This document shows positions 1 through 10,705 of a stretch of 64,000 bases of DNA, piece by piece; the first letter of the stretch is position 1, and each line of letters opens with the position of its first letter. The notes beneath the pieces were generated by a model, which was given only the letters and a program-made list of their open reading frames with translations, was not told where the DNA came from and did no database searches. The stretch is from Vicugna vicugna. Taxonomy: Eukaryota. The stretch covers positions 2,195,696 through 2,259,695 of the forward strand of contig MU058540.1 of assembly GCA_013265495.1 (NCBI GenBank), read 5' to 3'. Both the position numbers and the translations under genes were made by a program.

Positions 1-146
1 ATAAAATTAGTTTTGTCTGTTTTTAAAAATTCATATAATGGAATCACACTGTATTTTTTTAAACTAGCTTTTTTTGCTTAACACTTTGTCTGTGACACCC
101 TATCTATTTCACTTATGTATTTATTATGTGTCTTCTTCTCCCCTAG

Positions 147-351
147 AGCTGTCCTTGTCCAATAGTGTAATAACTAGTCACATGAAGTTACTTAAATTAA
201 AATTAATTAAAGTTAAACAATATGTAAAATTCAGCTCCTTGGTCATACCAGCCACATTTTTAGTGCTCAGTAGCTACATGTGGCTAGGTGAATGGGACAA
301 TGCAGAAAAGGCACACTTTCATCATTGCAGAAAGTTCTACTGGACTGCTGC
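147..351 (-). mobile_element. MER3-like hAT-Charlie DNA transposon fossil
   Basis: tgtccaata...tagctacatgtggctag...cattgcagaaagttctactggac matches the recalled MER3 consensus in reverse. Confidence 0.7.
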
Positions 352-813
352 TCTGGATTGTTGGCTCCATTTCTCTAGGTTTTGTTTCCAGCTGTATCCC
401 CAGGACCTGGACACAGTAGGTACTCAGTATTTTGCTTGTTGAAAGATTATTGAAATTGTCTGACAGAGGGATGATGAATGGCAGTGGTGGATAATGTAAT
501 GTCATAAGCCCCAGCATTGGGGCTATTGATGTGTGTGAGTGTGTGTGTGGGAGCGGGGAGAGGTGACAACCTAGCTCGGCCAAAAGGGGAAGTAGGAGTT
601 TCCAGAAGAGGAGACTGTGCAGTGGAAGACAGGAAGGTCTGGCTCACTCTGGTGTGTACCAGAGTAGTAGTAACCTATTTGGGGAACACTAAGGGCAAAC
701 CTTCAACATCTATTTAGTCCCTTCTAGGTACAAGTCAGGTCCTGCGTGCCCTCTGGCCCCCACCCTCATTTGCACAGATGCCGCGGTGGAGCTGGCGGGC
801 TGTCTCTCTGCAG

Positions 814-936
814 AACACCAGGGAGCTTTGCGCCCAGAGCAAGAAGTGCAAGAGCGGATGCTGCTGCAGGGCAGCTAAGAAATGCCAGTTGCACTTCTCC
901 TTAAAGGGGTCCAAGGGCATTGCCTCTCACAGGCAG
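814..936 (+). pseudogene. CLPSL1: Colipase-like 1 exon 2 (degenerate; exon 1 is outside the window)
   Basis: ctctctgcag acceptor and CAG|gtgga donor; 123 nt, the same length as CLPS exon 2. Translates NTRELCAQSKKCKSGCCCRAAKKCQLHFSLKGSKGIASHRQ, which aligns ungapped to colipase exon 2 and to human CLPSL1 (recalled). Two fold cysteines are lost. Confidence 0.75.
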
Positions 937-1721
937 GTGGATGTCCAGGGGAGCTGAGGAAGCGGGACCCACGGAAGGTGGAGCCAGGACGGACGCAGAG
1001 CACGGGGGAAGGAGGGAGAAGTAGGTGAGCAGAAATGACCTGGGAATTCTCTACTGGAACAGCATCTATGAGCAACCTTGGGTAGCCTGTGGACAGACCC
1101 AAACAGGGTCCCGACCCCAAGGGTTTGGAATCCTGGATGGAGGACCAGGCATGGGGTGTAGTGATGCTTCTATTTCTAATATGGATTCCCTTTCCTCAGG
1201 AGACATCTCAGCAAACCCCAAAATTAGCACCGTAAAATGGGAACGGCTAGGTCTGGCCCTAACCCAGGTTCTACCTCTGCCTCAAACCACTCTCATCCCA
1301 AGTCCCAGGAGTCTGGCTGTGGCCCCAGGGTACTCTTGGGGGGGAGGTGGGCTGAGGGAGCCTCTGAGCTGAGTGTGTAGGAGAAAGGAGTTGATCTGCC
1401 AATGGAAGGATTTAGGAAGAAGAGATAGGGCCCCCTGTCAGTGTTCATCCACTTAGGACAAGCAGATGGATTAACAGGGGAACAGTGATGCCAGGGATGG
1501 AGTTAGGAGGGCATGAGCAACCCTAGGGGTCAGCCTGGAGGAGGTGACCAGAGGCACAGACTCTGAGCAGCTGGATGAGGAGGTCCTTTACACCCAGGCT
1601 ATTCTGCTGTGTGCAAGCAGATGGGCCCCAGAGCTGGGCTGCGGTGGGAGTGGAGGCTGCCTCCTCAGGGCTGAGGGCAGAGCAGGCCCCACGGTCAAGG
1701 TCAGTGTCTTGCCTTTCCCAG

Positions 1722-1869
1722 ACCTTCTTCAGCCTGTATAATGAGTGTCCCTGCCAGCTGGACCTGATTTGTGTATTTCCAAAGAATGAGAAATTATTTA
1801 AAATCATCTACAGCCATTGTAAAAAAAAAAATTGAAAAAAAGAAGCCAGCCAAGAAAGCTTTCTTTTAA
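1722..1869 (+). pseudogene. CLPSL1: Colipase-like 1 exon 3 (frameshift in an A run)
   Basis: cctttcccag acceptor; TFFSLYNECPCQLDLICVFPKNEKLFKIIYSHCKKKN* (TGA 1833-1835). The shifted frame continues IEKKKPAKKAFF* (TAA 1867-1869), resembling the human CLPSL1 C-terminus IGRQKLAKKMFF (recalled). Confidence 0.75.
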
Positions 1870-2427
1870 TGCTCTCTCTTCCTTGCCTCCCCCCACTTTT
1901 TCTCCACCCACTCCCACTCAGAACTGTGTGTTCCTGACCCTGGCCCCCAGTGCCTCCCCTGACAGGGGAGGAGTAAGGAGGGAGGGATGATGCATAAAAC
2001 AAAGAGCTTTCAATGTTTGCTGGTAGCTATTGCCCCTCTCCTTGCTGAGTCCCAATATTGTTTGGGCAGTAATGTGACCAGCCCTGGGAGAGGGATCATA
2101 ATCAGTCTAAGCCAGTCATGACAATCCCATTCCCTCTAGATGTGGTCAGACAGGTGCCTGCCTGTCTGAGAACAGGCAAGGGGCAAGGAGGGCATCCCAG
2201 GGAGGTGTGATTGCTCCCCAGAAATGGAGAGGTTCCCAGCCTGGCTGGGCTGTTTTACAACCTTGTCTCCAGCCTGTCAGCCTCATCCTGCCTGGCCCCA
2301 GATCCATTCCTCATTTCTGGACATGTCTGACGTCTGCCCTGATAGGTCAAAGGCTCAATGTAACATCAAGGAAGACGCTCACTCAGCAAGAACATCCAGG
2401 GGCCTGGGGAAGGTTTGCAGGAGTGGC

Positions 2428-2433
2428 TTTAAT
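2428..2433 (-). terminator. CLPS: CLPS polyadenylation signal ATTAAA
   Basis: tttaat on the + strand, about 120 nt downstream of the CLPS stop. Confidence 0.6.
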
Positions 2434-2552
2434 TGCTAAGAACCCACTTAGAAGATGAGGTACTGGTCAAGAGGGTGGTCAGCCCCAGAGCGGGGGTGGA
2501 GGAGAAGTGTCCTTCTGCGCGCTGGGCTAGATGCGGGGCTGGGTGAGTGCTT

Positions 2553-2684
2553 TCACTCACTGGAACTTCCAACATCGAGGCAGATGCCAAAGTTGGTGTT
2601 GGTGATGGAGCCCACGATGGTCTTGTCCACCTCACAGGTCAGGCCCCGCTCACAGGGACACTTGTAGTAAACCCCATAGAGTGT
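2553..2684 (-). CDS. CLPS: Colipase exon 3
   Basis: ccgcag acceptor; TLYGVYYKCPCERGLTCEVDKTIVGSITNTNFGICLDVGSSSE* (TGA 2555-2553). Confidence 0.97.
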   Translation of the reverse strand, partial: TLYGVYYKCPCERGLTCEVDKTIVGSITNTNFGICLDVGSSSE

Positions 2685-3130
2685 CTGCGGAGACACGGAG
2701 CCGGTGGAATCTCAGGCTCTGGGGGCTGCTTTGGGCATCACTCGCCCCTGCCTGAATAGTCTCTTTTCAGATGGTGCTTCTCCTGACCGCCTCCCTACGG
2801 GGCGCTGTGGGCCTGGAGGACCTAGGTCTTGGTCTCCACTCTGTGGCTCACTTGTTCTTACTTGATCTCTCTGGGGAGCCTCTCTTTACCCATCCATGAA
2901 ATAGGGGTGACAGATCGCAGCCCCACCCAACTCACTGGATGGTTGTGAGGGTCAAGAGAGGTGATGGGATGGGAAAGGGAAAGCCTGTTGACCTCCCTCT
3001 CTTTGTCTCATCAACAATGTCCAGGCTGACGCTCCTCCCTGACCCCACCCCCAAGCCTCAAGGGCCCTCTCCTCTGAGCTGTCCTCCCTGCCGCCCCCTC
3101 GCCCCGCCCTGGCCCATGTCCGGCGCTCAC

Positions 3131-3253
3131 CCAAGCGGAGCACTCGCTGTTCTCGCTGGCCTTGGGTGCGCAGCGGGCCAGGCTCAGGCCAGTTTCACGG
3201 TGGCAGCACTTGCTCTTGCACTGGACACTGTTCAGGCAGAGCTCGCCTGCATC
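3131..3253 (-). CDS. CLPS: Colipase exon 2
   Basis: ag acceptor and gtgag donor, 123 nt; DAGELCLNSVQCKSKCCHRETGLSLARCAPKASENSECSAW. Confidence 0.97.
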
Positions 3254-3807
3254 CTGCCAAGGGCAGCCGGTCAGCCCAGGATTCCCACCCTGGGGCCTCT
3301 TTTCCACCCAGACCCGTACTCCACCACCCACTACGGCTTACAGCGCCTTCCCTGCTGGGGGGCATGTGTGAAGGAATCCAACCCCTGGGGCTGGGGGCCT
3401 CTCTGTCCACCCCGACCCCCCACCCACGTGAGAAGCAGGCAGTCCGGTGCCAGAGAAGCAGCCCAGGGTGGGGAGAGGACACCTGGGTTCTAGTACTGGC
3501 TGAGCTACCAGCTCCCCGGTGAGCCTGGGCGAGTCGCTCAGTATTCCCATCTGGAACGTGCACATGTGGGCCCCAAACAGGGTCTCCAAACCTCCCTGGG
3601 TCTCCCAATCCTTTGAGGAGCCTGTGAAAGTTGAGGACCATCTCCCTGGAAAACCCCTCCCTCCCCCTCTACAAACTCTTACAAATAATCCCAGGAGGAT
3701 CCTGGACCCTCCCAGCATGACCCTGAGTTAAGAACCTTTGAACTGAGTTCTTATCCCAAAGAGCTTTCCTGGTTCTGCCCTTGGCAGAGAGACAGTCAGG
3801 GAGGCAG

Positions 3808-3985
3808 TGGTGAGAGCAAGGCTCTAGGGCCCGCCGGCCTGGGCGTCAGTTCCTGCTCAAGACTTTCCAGCTGTGTGACCTCAGGCAGGTTACTTAACCT
3901 TTCTCTGTGTCAGCTTTTCCTTTGAAAGTGGGGTTGATAATAAGAGTACCTATGCCACGTGGTTCTTATGAAGACCAAATAAGTA
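3808..3985 (+). mobile_element. MIR SINE in CLPS intron 1
   Basis: Core motif agctgtgtgacctcaggcaggttacttaacct... Confidence 0.65.
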
Positions 3986-4351
3986 TTACTGAGGAATTTA
4001 GGACTGTCTGGTCACTCTAGGACAGAAACCAGAATCACTGGGGAAGATTTTTAAACGACTGGACTTTCTGAGCCAGGGTTTCCAGGGTGGAAACCCAGGG
4101 TTCTGGATTTTTATAGTTTCCTCAGCCAGGTGGAACCACTGCTCTGAGCATGCTCCATGTTGATCAGCCTTTTCTAGGGCCCGCGGGGGAAGGGGTGCAG
4201 CACAGGCAGTAAGGGAAGAGACATCTCACCCCCCAGCACCCTGGGGCAGCCCCAGGTGGGGACATCTTGACCTACCCAGAGGTCAAGATCCACGCTTAAA
4301 AAAATCCCCACCTGGGGGTTCAGGTAACTCCACCCCTGAGGACCCTCTTAC

Positions 4352-4435
4352 CAGGTTGATAATGATTCCCCGGGGGTCGGGAACCGCATAGGCTACTGTG
4401 AGGGCGACCAGCAGGAGGACAAGGACCTTCTCCAT
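4352..4435 (-). CDS. CLPS: Colipase exon 1 (signal peptide and VPDPR activation peptide)
   Basis: ATG at 4435; MEKVLVLLLVALTVAYAVPDPRGIIINL|gtaag. The three exons give 28+41+43 = 112 aa. Confidence 0.97.
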
Positions 4436-4513
4436 GATGAATGGGCACTGCTGGTGTAGGTAGCAGCTGGCAGGTCAGGTGGCAAAAGGCAGAACCAGAG
4501 AGGGTGGTGGGGC

Positions 4514-4632
4514 TATAAAAGAGATCTGACCCACTTTCCCAATCCCACAGGGCCTGCCGTGAGCAGAGGCCCAGCTGTGGCCAATCTGCTGGGGCTGGGG
4601 TCCTGATAAGGTAGCTGGGAGACAGACATCTG
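4514..4632 (-). promoter_or_regulatory. CLPS: CLPS proximal promoter: TATA-like box, GATA site and PTF1-like E-box/TC-box
   Basis: Minus-strand TTTTATA at 4520-4514; TGATAA at 4604-4609; minus-strand CAGATG-N4-TCTCCCA at 4632-4616. Confidence 0.5.
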
Positions 4633-4676
4633 GCACCTTTGTATGTGTGTGTGTGTGTGTGTTGGGGGGTGGTGGT

Positions 4677-4920
4677 GATATGGCAGCATGGTTAAGAGTG
4701 GGGACTCTGGAACACTTTTCCCTGTACAAGTTATTAGCTAGGCAAATTATCTGCCTGAGTCTCAGTTTCCTTATCTGTCAACTGATAAGAGTTGTGAGGG
4801 TTGAGTGAATTTATGATTGTTATATGTATTATATATCTTGCCTAGAACAGGACTTGGCACCCATGGACAGTATGTAAGTGTTGATAATAATAGTACCTAT
4901 CTCACATGGTTCTTATGAAG
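4677..4920 (+). mobile_element. MIR SINE fragments upstream of CLPS
   Basis: gcagcatggttaagag...ctgagtctcagtttccttatctg. Confidence 0.6.
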
Positions 4921-6589
4921 GACAAGTATTTCTGAGGCATTTGGAACTGTGTCTGGTCACTCTAGATCAGAAGCCAGAATCACTGGGGAAGCTTAAACTT
5001 TAAAAACTCTTAGACCATCTGCTACGATTGTTGTTATTCGCCTCCAGTGCCCTGAGCTGTGTGGCAGGGTTGGGACTGGGGTGAGGTAAGAGACACACCT
5101 AGGCTGTGAGTACCTCCTTCAGTTTTGCATCCTAGACTCGTCTCTTGCCTTACCCCAGCCTGGGCCCTGCTTTTGACCCCACCCAAACCCAGGTGAGGTG
5201 TATCAGGCAGTATCAGGCTTAGGTGAGGAGGGGTCCCAGCCTCCCCACTCCTCAATCTTCCCAGGCCCCCTTGGGGATTTGAGAGCAGGCCCAGGTCCCT
5301 GTGGGCTAACTAGCTCTGCGACCCTTGGCCAGGGGATGGGTGTTCTCACCCTGGGTGTGCCTCCCTCCCACCCTCCCACCAGGGGGTGCCTGCCAGGGTG
5401 GTTTAGGGACCCCTAGGAGTGACTTCTCCAAGGATTCGCTCCCATTTTCTTTCTACTTGACTTAATATCTGTAATTCCAGTCTTAAAGATTCATCCCTTT
5501 AGTTAAGGCTTCCACTGACCCTACCCAAAGCCACGTGTGAGCATGAGCAGTTGTTAGTCCTGGCTGAGAATGAGGAGGTCTAGTGAGCCTCAGAAGACCC
5601 CAGGGGCTGAAGGCTGGGAAGGGCGCAGATGCCTGCGTGTGCTCAGGTGTGGGACCAGAGCAGCTGTCCCTAAGGACAGGTCATTGCAGCAAAGGACTCC
5701 TTCCCCCTCCCAGGAGGTGGATGGTGGATGGAGGCCCCAGACTGGGCTGCCTTGATCCAGACAAAACTGAACTCAAAACTCCCCATAATCAGACATATGA
5801 CCTTGTTGTATAAATCTGTAAGCTCTGTGAGCTTCAATTTCTTCATCTACCCAAGGAGGCTGATGGCTCCTGCTTTGTAAGGTCAGGATTGAATAAGACA
5901 ATGTATATGAAACCTCATAGAAGTGTTGCTAAGCCCATGTACTCCCACCCCCTGCCACTCCCCCTTACACCACTGGAGGCGAGCAGCTGGAGGGGAGAGG
6001 AGGGGAGCAGTTGGAGGAACCAGCCAGGAGACTCTCAAAATGAGAGAAACCTACCCAATTCCAGAGACATAGAAATGCTGTTGATTAAAGGAACACTATC
6101 CTCTCTTATTTTTATGGAACTCAGTGTTTAAAACCCCTTTTGCCCATGAACCTGTCCTGGCCCCTCCTTCTCTCCCTACCCCCACTCCAGCCCAGTACTC
6201 CTGTGAGCAGAGCCACAGGGAGGGTAATTACGGTTCCCTTCTCCCAAGCCAAGGCCAGGAGGCCAGGGAGGCATTGGAACTGCAGGAGCTGTTTCTATCT
6301 GTGAATGAAGCTATGAAAAATGCTTCGATCCTACTATCTCCAGCTGGTCACAGCTAACCTCCCAGAGAAGAAAGAATAGAGATTTTCCCCTTACAAATGA
6401 AGAGTAAAGCAAAGAGAACTTTGCCATTGTTTGTGCTTCCAAAATGTAAGCAGCGGGTAATTATTAAGGACTTTTTGTGCCCAAACCTCGTAAGATCTAA
6501 TCACCCCTTCTCCAATCTAAAGCATCTTTTGCTTTGGGTTTTCCCCCCTCAAAAAAGAACCGAGTTCTGGTTCCCACATGAAATCATAT

Positions 6590-6905
6590 AGGTTAATCTC
6601 ACAAGCATAGTTTTGAGAGAGAAAAGCCACAGGCAAAAGAATGCAGACTGTGTGATTCCATCTACATGAAGTACAAGATGAGGTAAAACTAATCTATGGT
6701 GGTAAAAATGTGCAGGGTTTACCCCTGGGGGGAATACTCACTGGGACGGGGCAGGAAGGAGGGAGCCTTCCAGTGTGTTGGGATTGTTCTAAATCTTGAT
6801 CTGGGGTGTTAGTAACACATATGTAAAAAATCCATCTAGCCGTGCACTTAAGATCTGAGTATTTTACCATATGTAATATAGGTACTGTACCTCAATTAAA
6901 AAACA
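6590..6905 (+). mobile_element. Old L1 (L1M) 3' end
   Basis: tgtgtgattccat...aaaactaatctatggtg...cacttaagat...tacctcaattaaaaaa. Confidence 0.65.
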
Positions 6906-8929
6906 AAAATGGAGCAAAATTATCCCTGGTCAAGTCCTACCACCTGGGATGGTGGGGGTTGGGTGGTGTCATGCCTCCTAGTGACACAGTAGCTGTAGAC
7001 CCAGAGACGTGGCAAACTCCTCTTGGGTGTCCCCCTGGACTACGTTCTCCAAGATCTACCCCAGACACAAGGGTGTGCCTCTGGCAGCCACATTAGTAAA
7101 TGAGGCTGTCTTTGCTCCCCAACTCAGTGGACTGGACAATGGATGGGAATGACCCAAAGCCCTCTCTTGGGGGACAAGTATTTCTGAGGCATTTAGAACT
7201 GTGTCTGGTCTGTTCTAGACAGGCTTGTGTAGGCTTGTGCCCAGCAGCTCACCTTCAAGCTGATCTGAAACATGGAACTATAGAAGCCCAGGAAGGCAGT
7301 TTTCTGATGTGCTGATGAAGAACTGGAGAAAGCTGGTCTGCAGAGGCGAGAAAGAATCGATTAGCCTTTCAGGAAGAAGCAGCAGCAGCCATGCTCTGAC
7401 TTCTGATGGATTTCCAGGTCCTGGTTACACACACACCCTACACACCCTTCCCATGACTGCTGCATTCCTGCCCCTGTGGTACCTGAAACTCCTCTATAAC
7501 ACATTCCTTTTGCTTAAGCCTCAGACACAGACATCTCAGTTCTGGGAAGGGGCCCACAGCTCTGGGTCAAGGTCAGATGTGTGACAACCCTGGAGTCAGC
7601 TCAGGGAGCAGACAGGGAGTCACTCAAGATTCAAATTCCCCATCAAGAGTCTCAGGTTCTCTTAGTTTGGGTTCCCCAGCCCCTACCCATGATCCACACT
7701 GGGCAGAGCCCTAAGGAGACAGCCTCACCTGGGCCTTGTGGAAAGGGGAGGGGCAGTTGACCAAGTAGAGAGAAGCTTTTTGTCACAAAAGAAAGCAGAA
7801 GGATTTTGGATTCAAGAACCATAGATACCCCCTCCATTCCACTGTGGCTGCCCAGCCCACAGATAACCTTTATTCCCCAAGAAGTAGGCTCAAATTACAA
7901 TTGAGATGTGCAATAACTGTAACTTTAAAATTTTCTCTGACTGTCTAGTTTATGTGGCAGTTGAAATTGAGGCATACAGTGACTTTCAGGTTACCCAGTC
8001 TTTTTTAATTCAATACTCAGCCTTTAGGATCCCTCTCACCACCCCGTTCTCCTGACCAAGTTGGATTGAGTGTAGGATGAAGCGTATGTGTCTTCAGGAA
8101 GCAGGGGAGAGGTCTCTGTGATCCTCTGGGCCCTCGATGGCTGCTGTGAGGACAACTCTTGTCCCACTGCATCCTTCTGGTCCTGGTGAAATTTGGGCTC
8201 TGTCCTCTTAGTCCCTCCCTTCAGCTGGTCAACAACCACATGAACTCTTCTTCTCTCCTATTTATAATCCCTACTCCTTGCCAGTGTTCCCTTCAAACAT
8301 ATCACAACTGTCCTTTAAGATCAAAACCCTAGGGAGATGGTCCAAAGTCAGTTATCACCCCAGCATTAAGTTCAGGATATCTGTATGATGTCACTCCTCT
8401 TTTAGTTTGGTCACGATCACATCTCAGTATTCTGCAGCTTAGGGGCTAACTTGTAAAGTTAGCCACCATCAAAGAAGAAAGGTAAGAGTAAGGTATATAA
8501 ATGTATACATGACATGGCAAGGATGAACATCCAGGTAGATAATATAGTCCTTTCTGCAGACACCACTTGGCTGTAGATAGTACTTAGGACTTTCACCCTT
8601 CATTCCCATCCTGCTCCTTTTGCTCTCAGCCAGCATCCCTGCTGATCAGGGCTCTTTATGCTGTACAGTGACCCAGACTTTCTATTCCTGAGATATCTAG
8701 GCCCTTCATGTGTCTGCCCTTGTGTTGGATTACTGAAGCCTTAATTTGTTTCTTCCTTTCATTAATTTTTACACTGGACATGGCAGTAGCAAGAAGCAGC
8801 CCAGGCATTTCCTAACTACTACACATACTTCTCTGCTCCCTCTGTATGTTAGAGGAGAGAACCCCTGGACAGTCAGGATTTGGCATCCTATCAACATGAG
8901 TAATTCCTCCTTTGAAAAATCAAATCATA

Positions 8930-9830
8930 ATTGACAGAGAAAAGTTTACCCTTTATAGTATACAGTTCCATAAGTTTTGACAAATGTATATGTCATGGAA
9001 CCACCACTCCAACCAAGATACAGAATGCTTCCATCACCCTAAAAAACTTCCTATACAGCTTCTTTGTAATCAACCCCACCACTAGATCCTAGCAACCACA
9101 AATCTGGGTTGCTTCCCTATAATTTTGCCTTTTCCATATGTAATATAGATGAAATCACACAGCATATACTTTTTCTTTTTGGATGGGGTATCTGGCTTCT
9201 ATTACCTAGCATAACACATTTGAGATTCATGCACATTGTTGCAGGATTCAATAGCTACTTACTTTTCATTGCTGAGTGGTTGTCTGTTGTCGGGGTGGAA
9301 GCACAGTGTGTTTATCCATTCTCTACCTGAAGGACATCTGGGTTATTTCTGAAAAGTTTTGGGCAGTTATGGATAAAGCTGCCACACATGTTCGTGTACA
9401 AGTTTTTTTGTGTGGGAAAACACAAGTTTTCATTTCTCTGAGACAAATACGCAGGAGTGTGATGGCTGAGTCTCATGGCAAATGTGTGTTTTGATTTCGA
9501 TGATATATCAAACTGTTTTCCAAAGTGGCTGAACCAAAATGCATTTCCACCAGCAATGTATAAAAGTTTCAGTTGCTGCACATCCTCACCAGTACTTGAC
9601 ATTGTCAGTTTCTTTGGTTTTTCATTTTTTAACTGAGCCTTTCCAACAGGTGTGTAATGGTATGTCCTTGTGGTTTAATTTGCATTTCCTTCCTCACTGG
9701 TGATGTTGAGCTTTTCTCCGCTTGCTTAATTACCATCCATATGTCTTCTTTGCTGAAGTGTTTGTTTGAATCTTTTGCCATCCAATCTTTAATTGGGTTC
9801 TTTGTTGTCTTATTATTCAGTTTCGAGAGT
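8930..9830 (-). mobile_element. L1MB-like LINE fragment
   Basis: Antisense L1 3' region: catttccaccagcaatgtat...gtggtttaatttgcatttcc. Confidence 0.75.
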
Positions 9831-10272
9831 TACAGATGTCATACCAGGGAGCTCAAAGATGGTTGATATTGTTGGGAGCCAGTAATGACTGGCTGTATAA
9901 GCTTGGATGGAAGATCCATCCACAGTGTCCACCTGTCCCACCATGGACATCTTGTTATGGGTCTTTGAGCCAATGCACGGTGGGATTGGGGTGGATGTGC
10001 AGAGGAAGGAGTCTGGCTAGCATTCATAGAGTGAGTCATCATCTCCAACGGATGTTAAAAGCCTCTGCAGCAGCAAGTCTCTGGAATACATTCTCATCAA
10101 ACCCAAATACTCTCTGGTTTTGCCCCTATTCTGAGGGCTCCCCTTCCCCAAACTTTTACTAACTCTCCATATTTACTCTGTCCAAGATGATGACCACCTG
10201 GCTGGTCCATTAGCTGCTGCCCATGAAGTGGTGTTCATCTGTATTGTAGGCCCTCTCTCCTTACAGGAGAGG

Positions 10273-10705
10273 TACTATACGTCCTGAGGCTGCCATAACA
10301 AATTATTACAAACATAGTGGCTTGAAACAACAGAAATTTGTTCTCTTACAATACTGGTGGCCAGAAGTTGAAATCAAGGTGTCAGCAGGGCTGCACTCCC
10401 TACAGAGGCTCTAGGGGAGAATCCATTCCCCACTTTTTTTTAGCCTCTGGTAGTTGCCAGCTTCCTTGGCTGTGGCCATATCATTCCAGTCTCTGCCTCC
10501 ATGATCACGTCACATTTTCTTCTTGTCTTCTCCTCTGTGTGTCTCTTAGAGGGACACTTGTCATTGGATTTAGGACCTGCCCAGATAATCTGGTAGGATC
10601 TCCTTTTCTCAAAATCCTCAATTTAATTATATATGCAAAGAACCCTTTTCCAAATCAGACAATATTCACAGGTTCTGGGGCTTAGGATGTAGATCTTTTG
10701 GGGGT
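10273..10705. mobile_element. MLT1 (MaLR) LTR nested in ERVL-like internal fragments (about 9840-11650)
   Basis: ggctgccataacaaattat...gtggcttgaaacaacagaaatt...aaatcaaggtgtcagcagggc. Confidence 0.7.

Noticed and set aside
2939..3731. Several overlapping 100-184 aa ORFs
   Set aside because: GC-rich antisense or off-frame reads across CLPS exon 2 and its introns; only the DAGELC...SAW part is real coding sequence.
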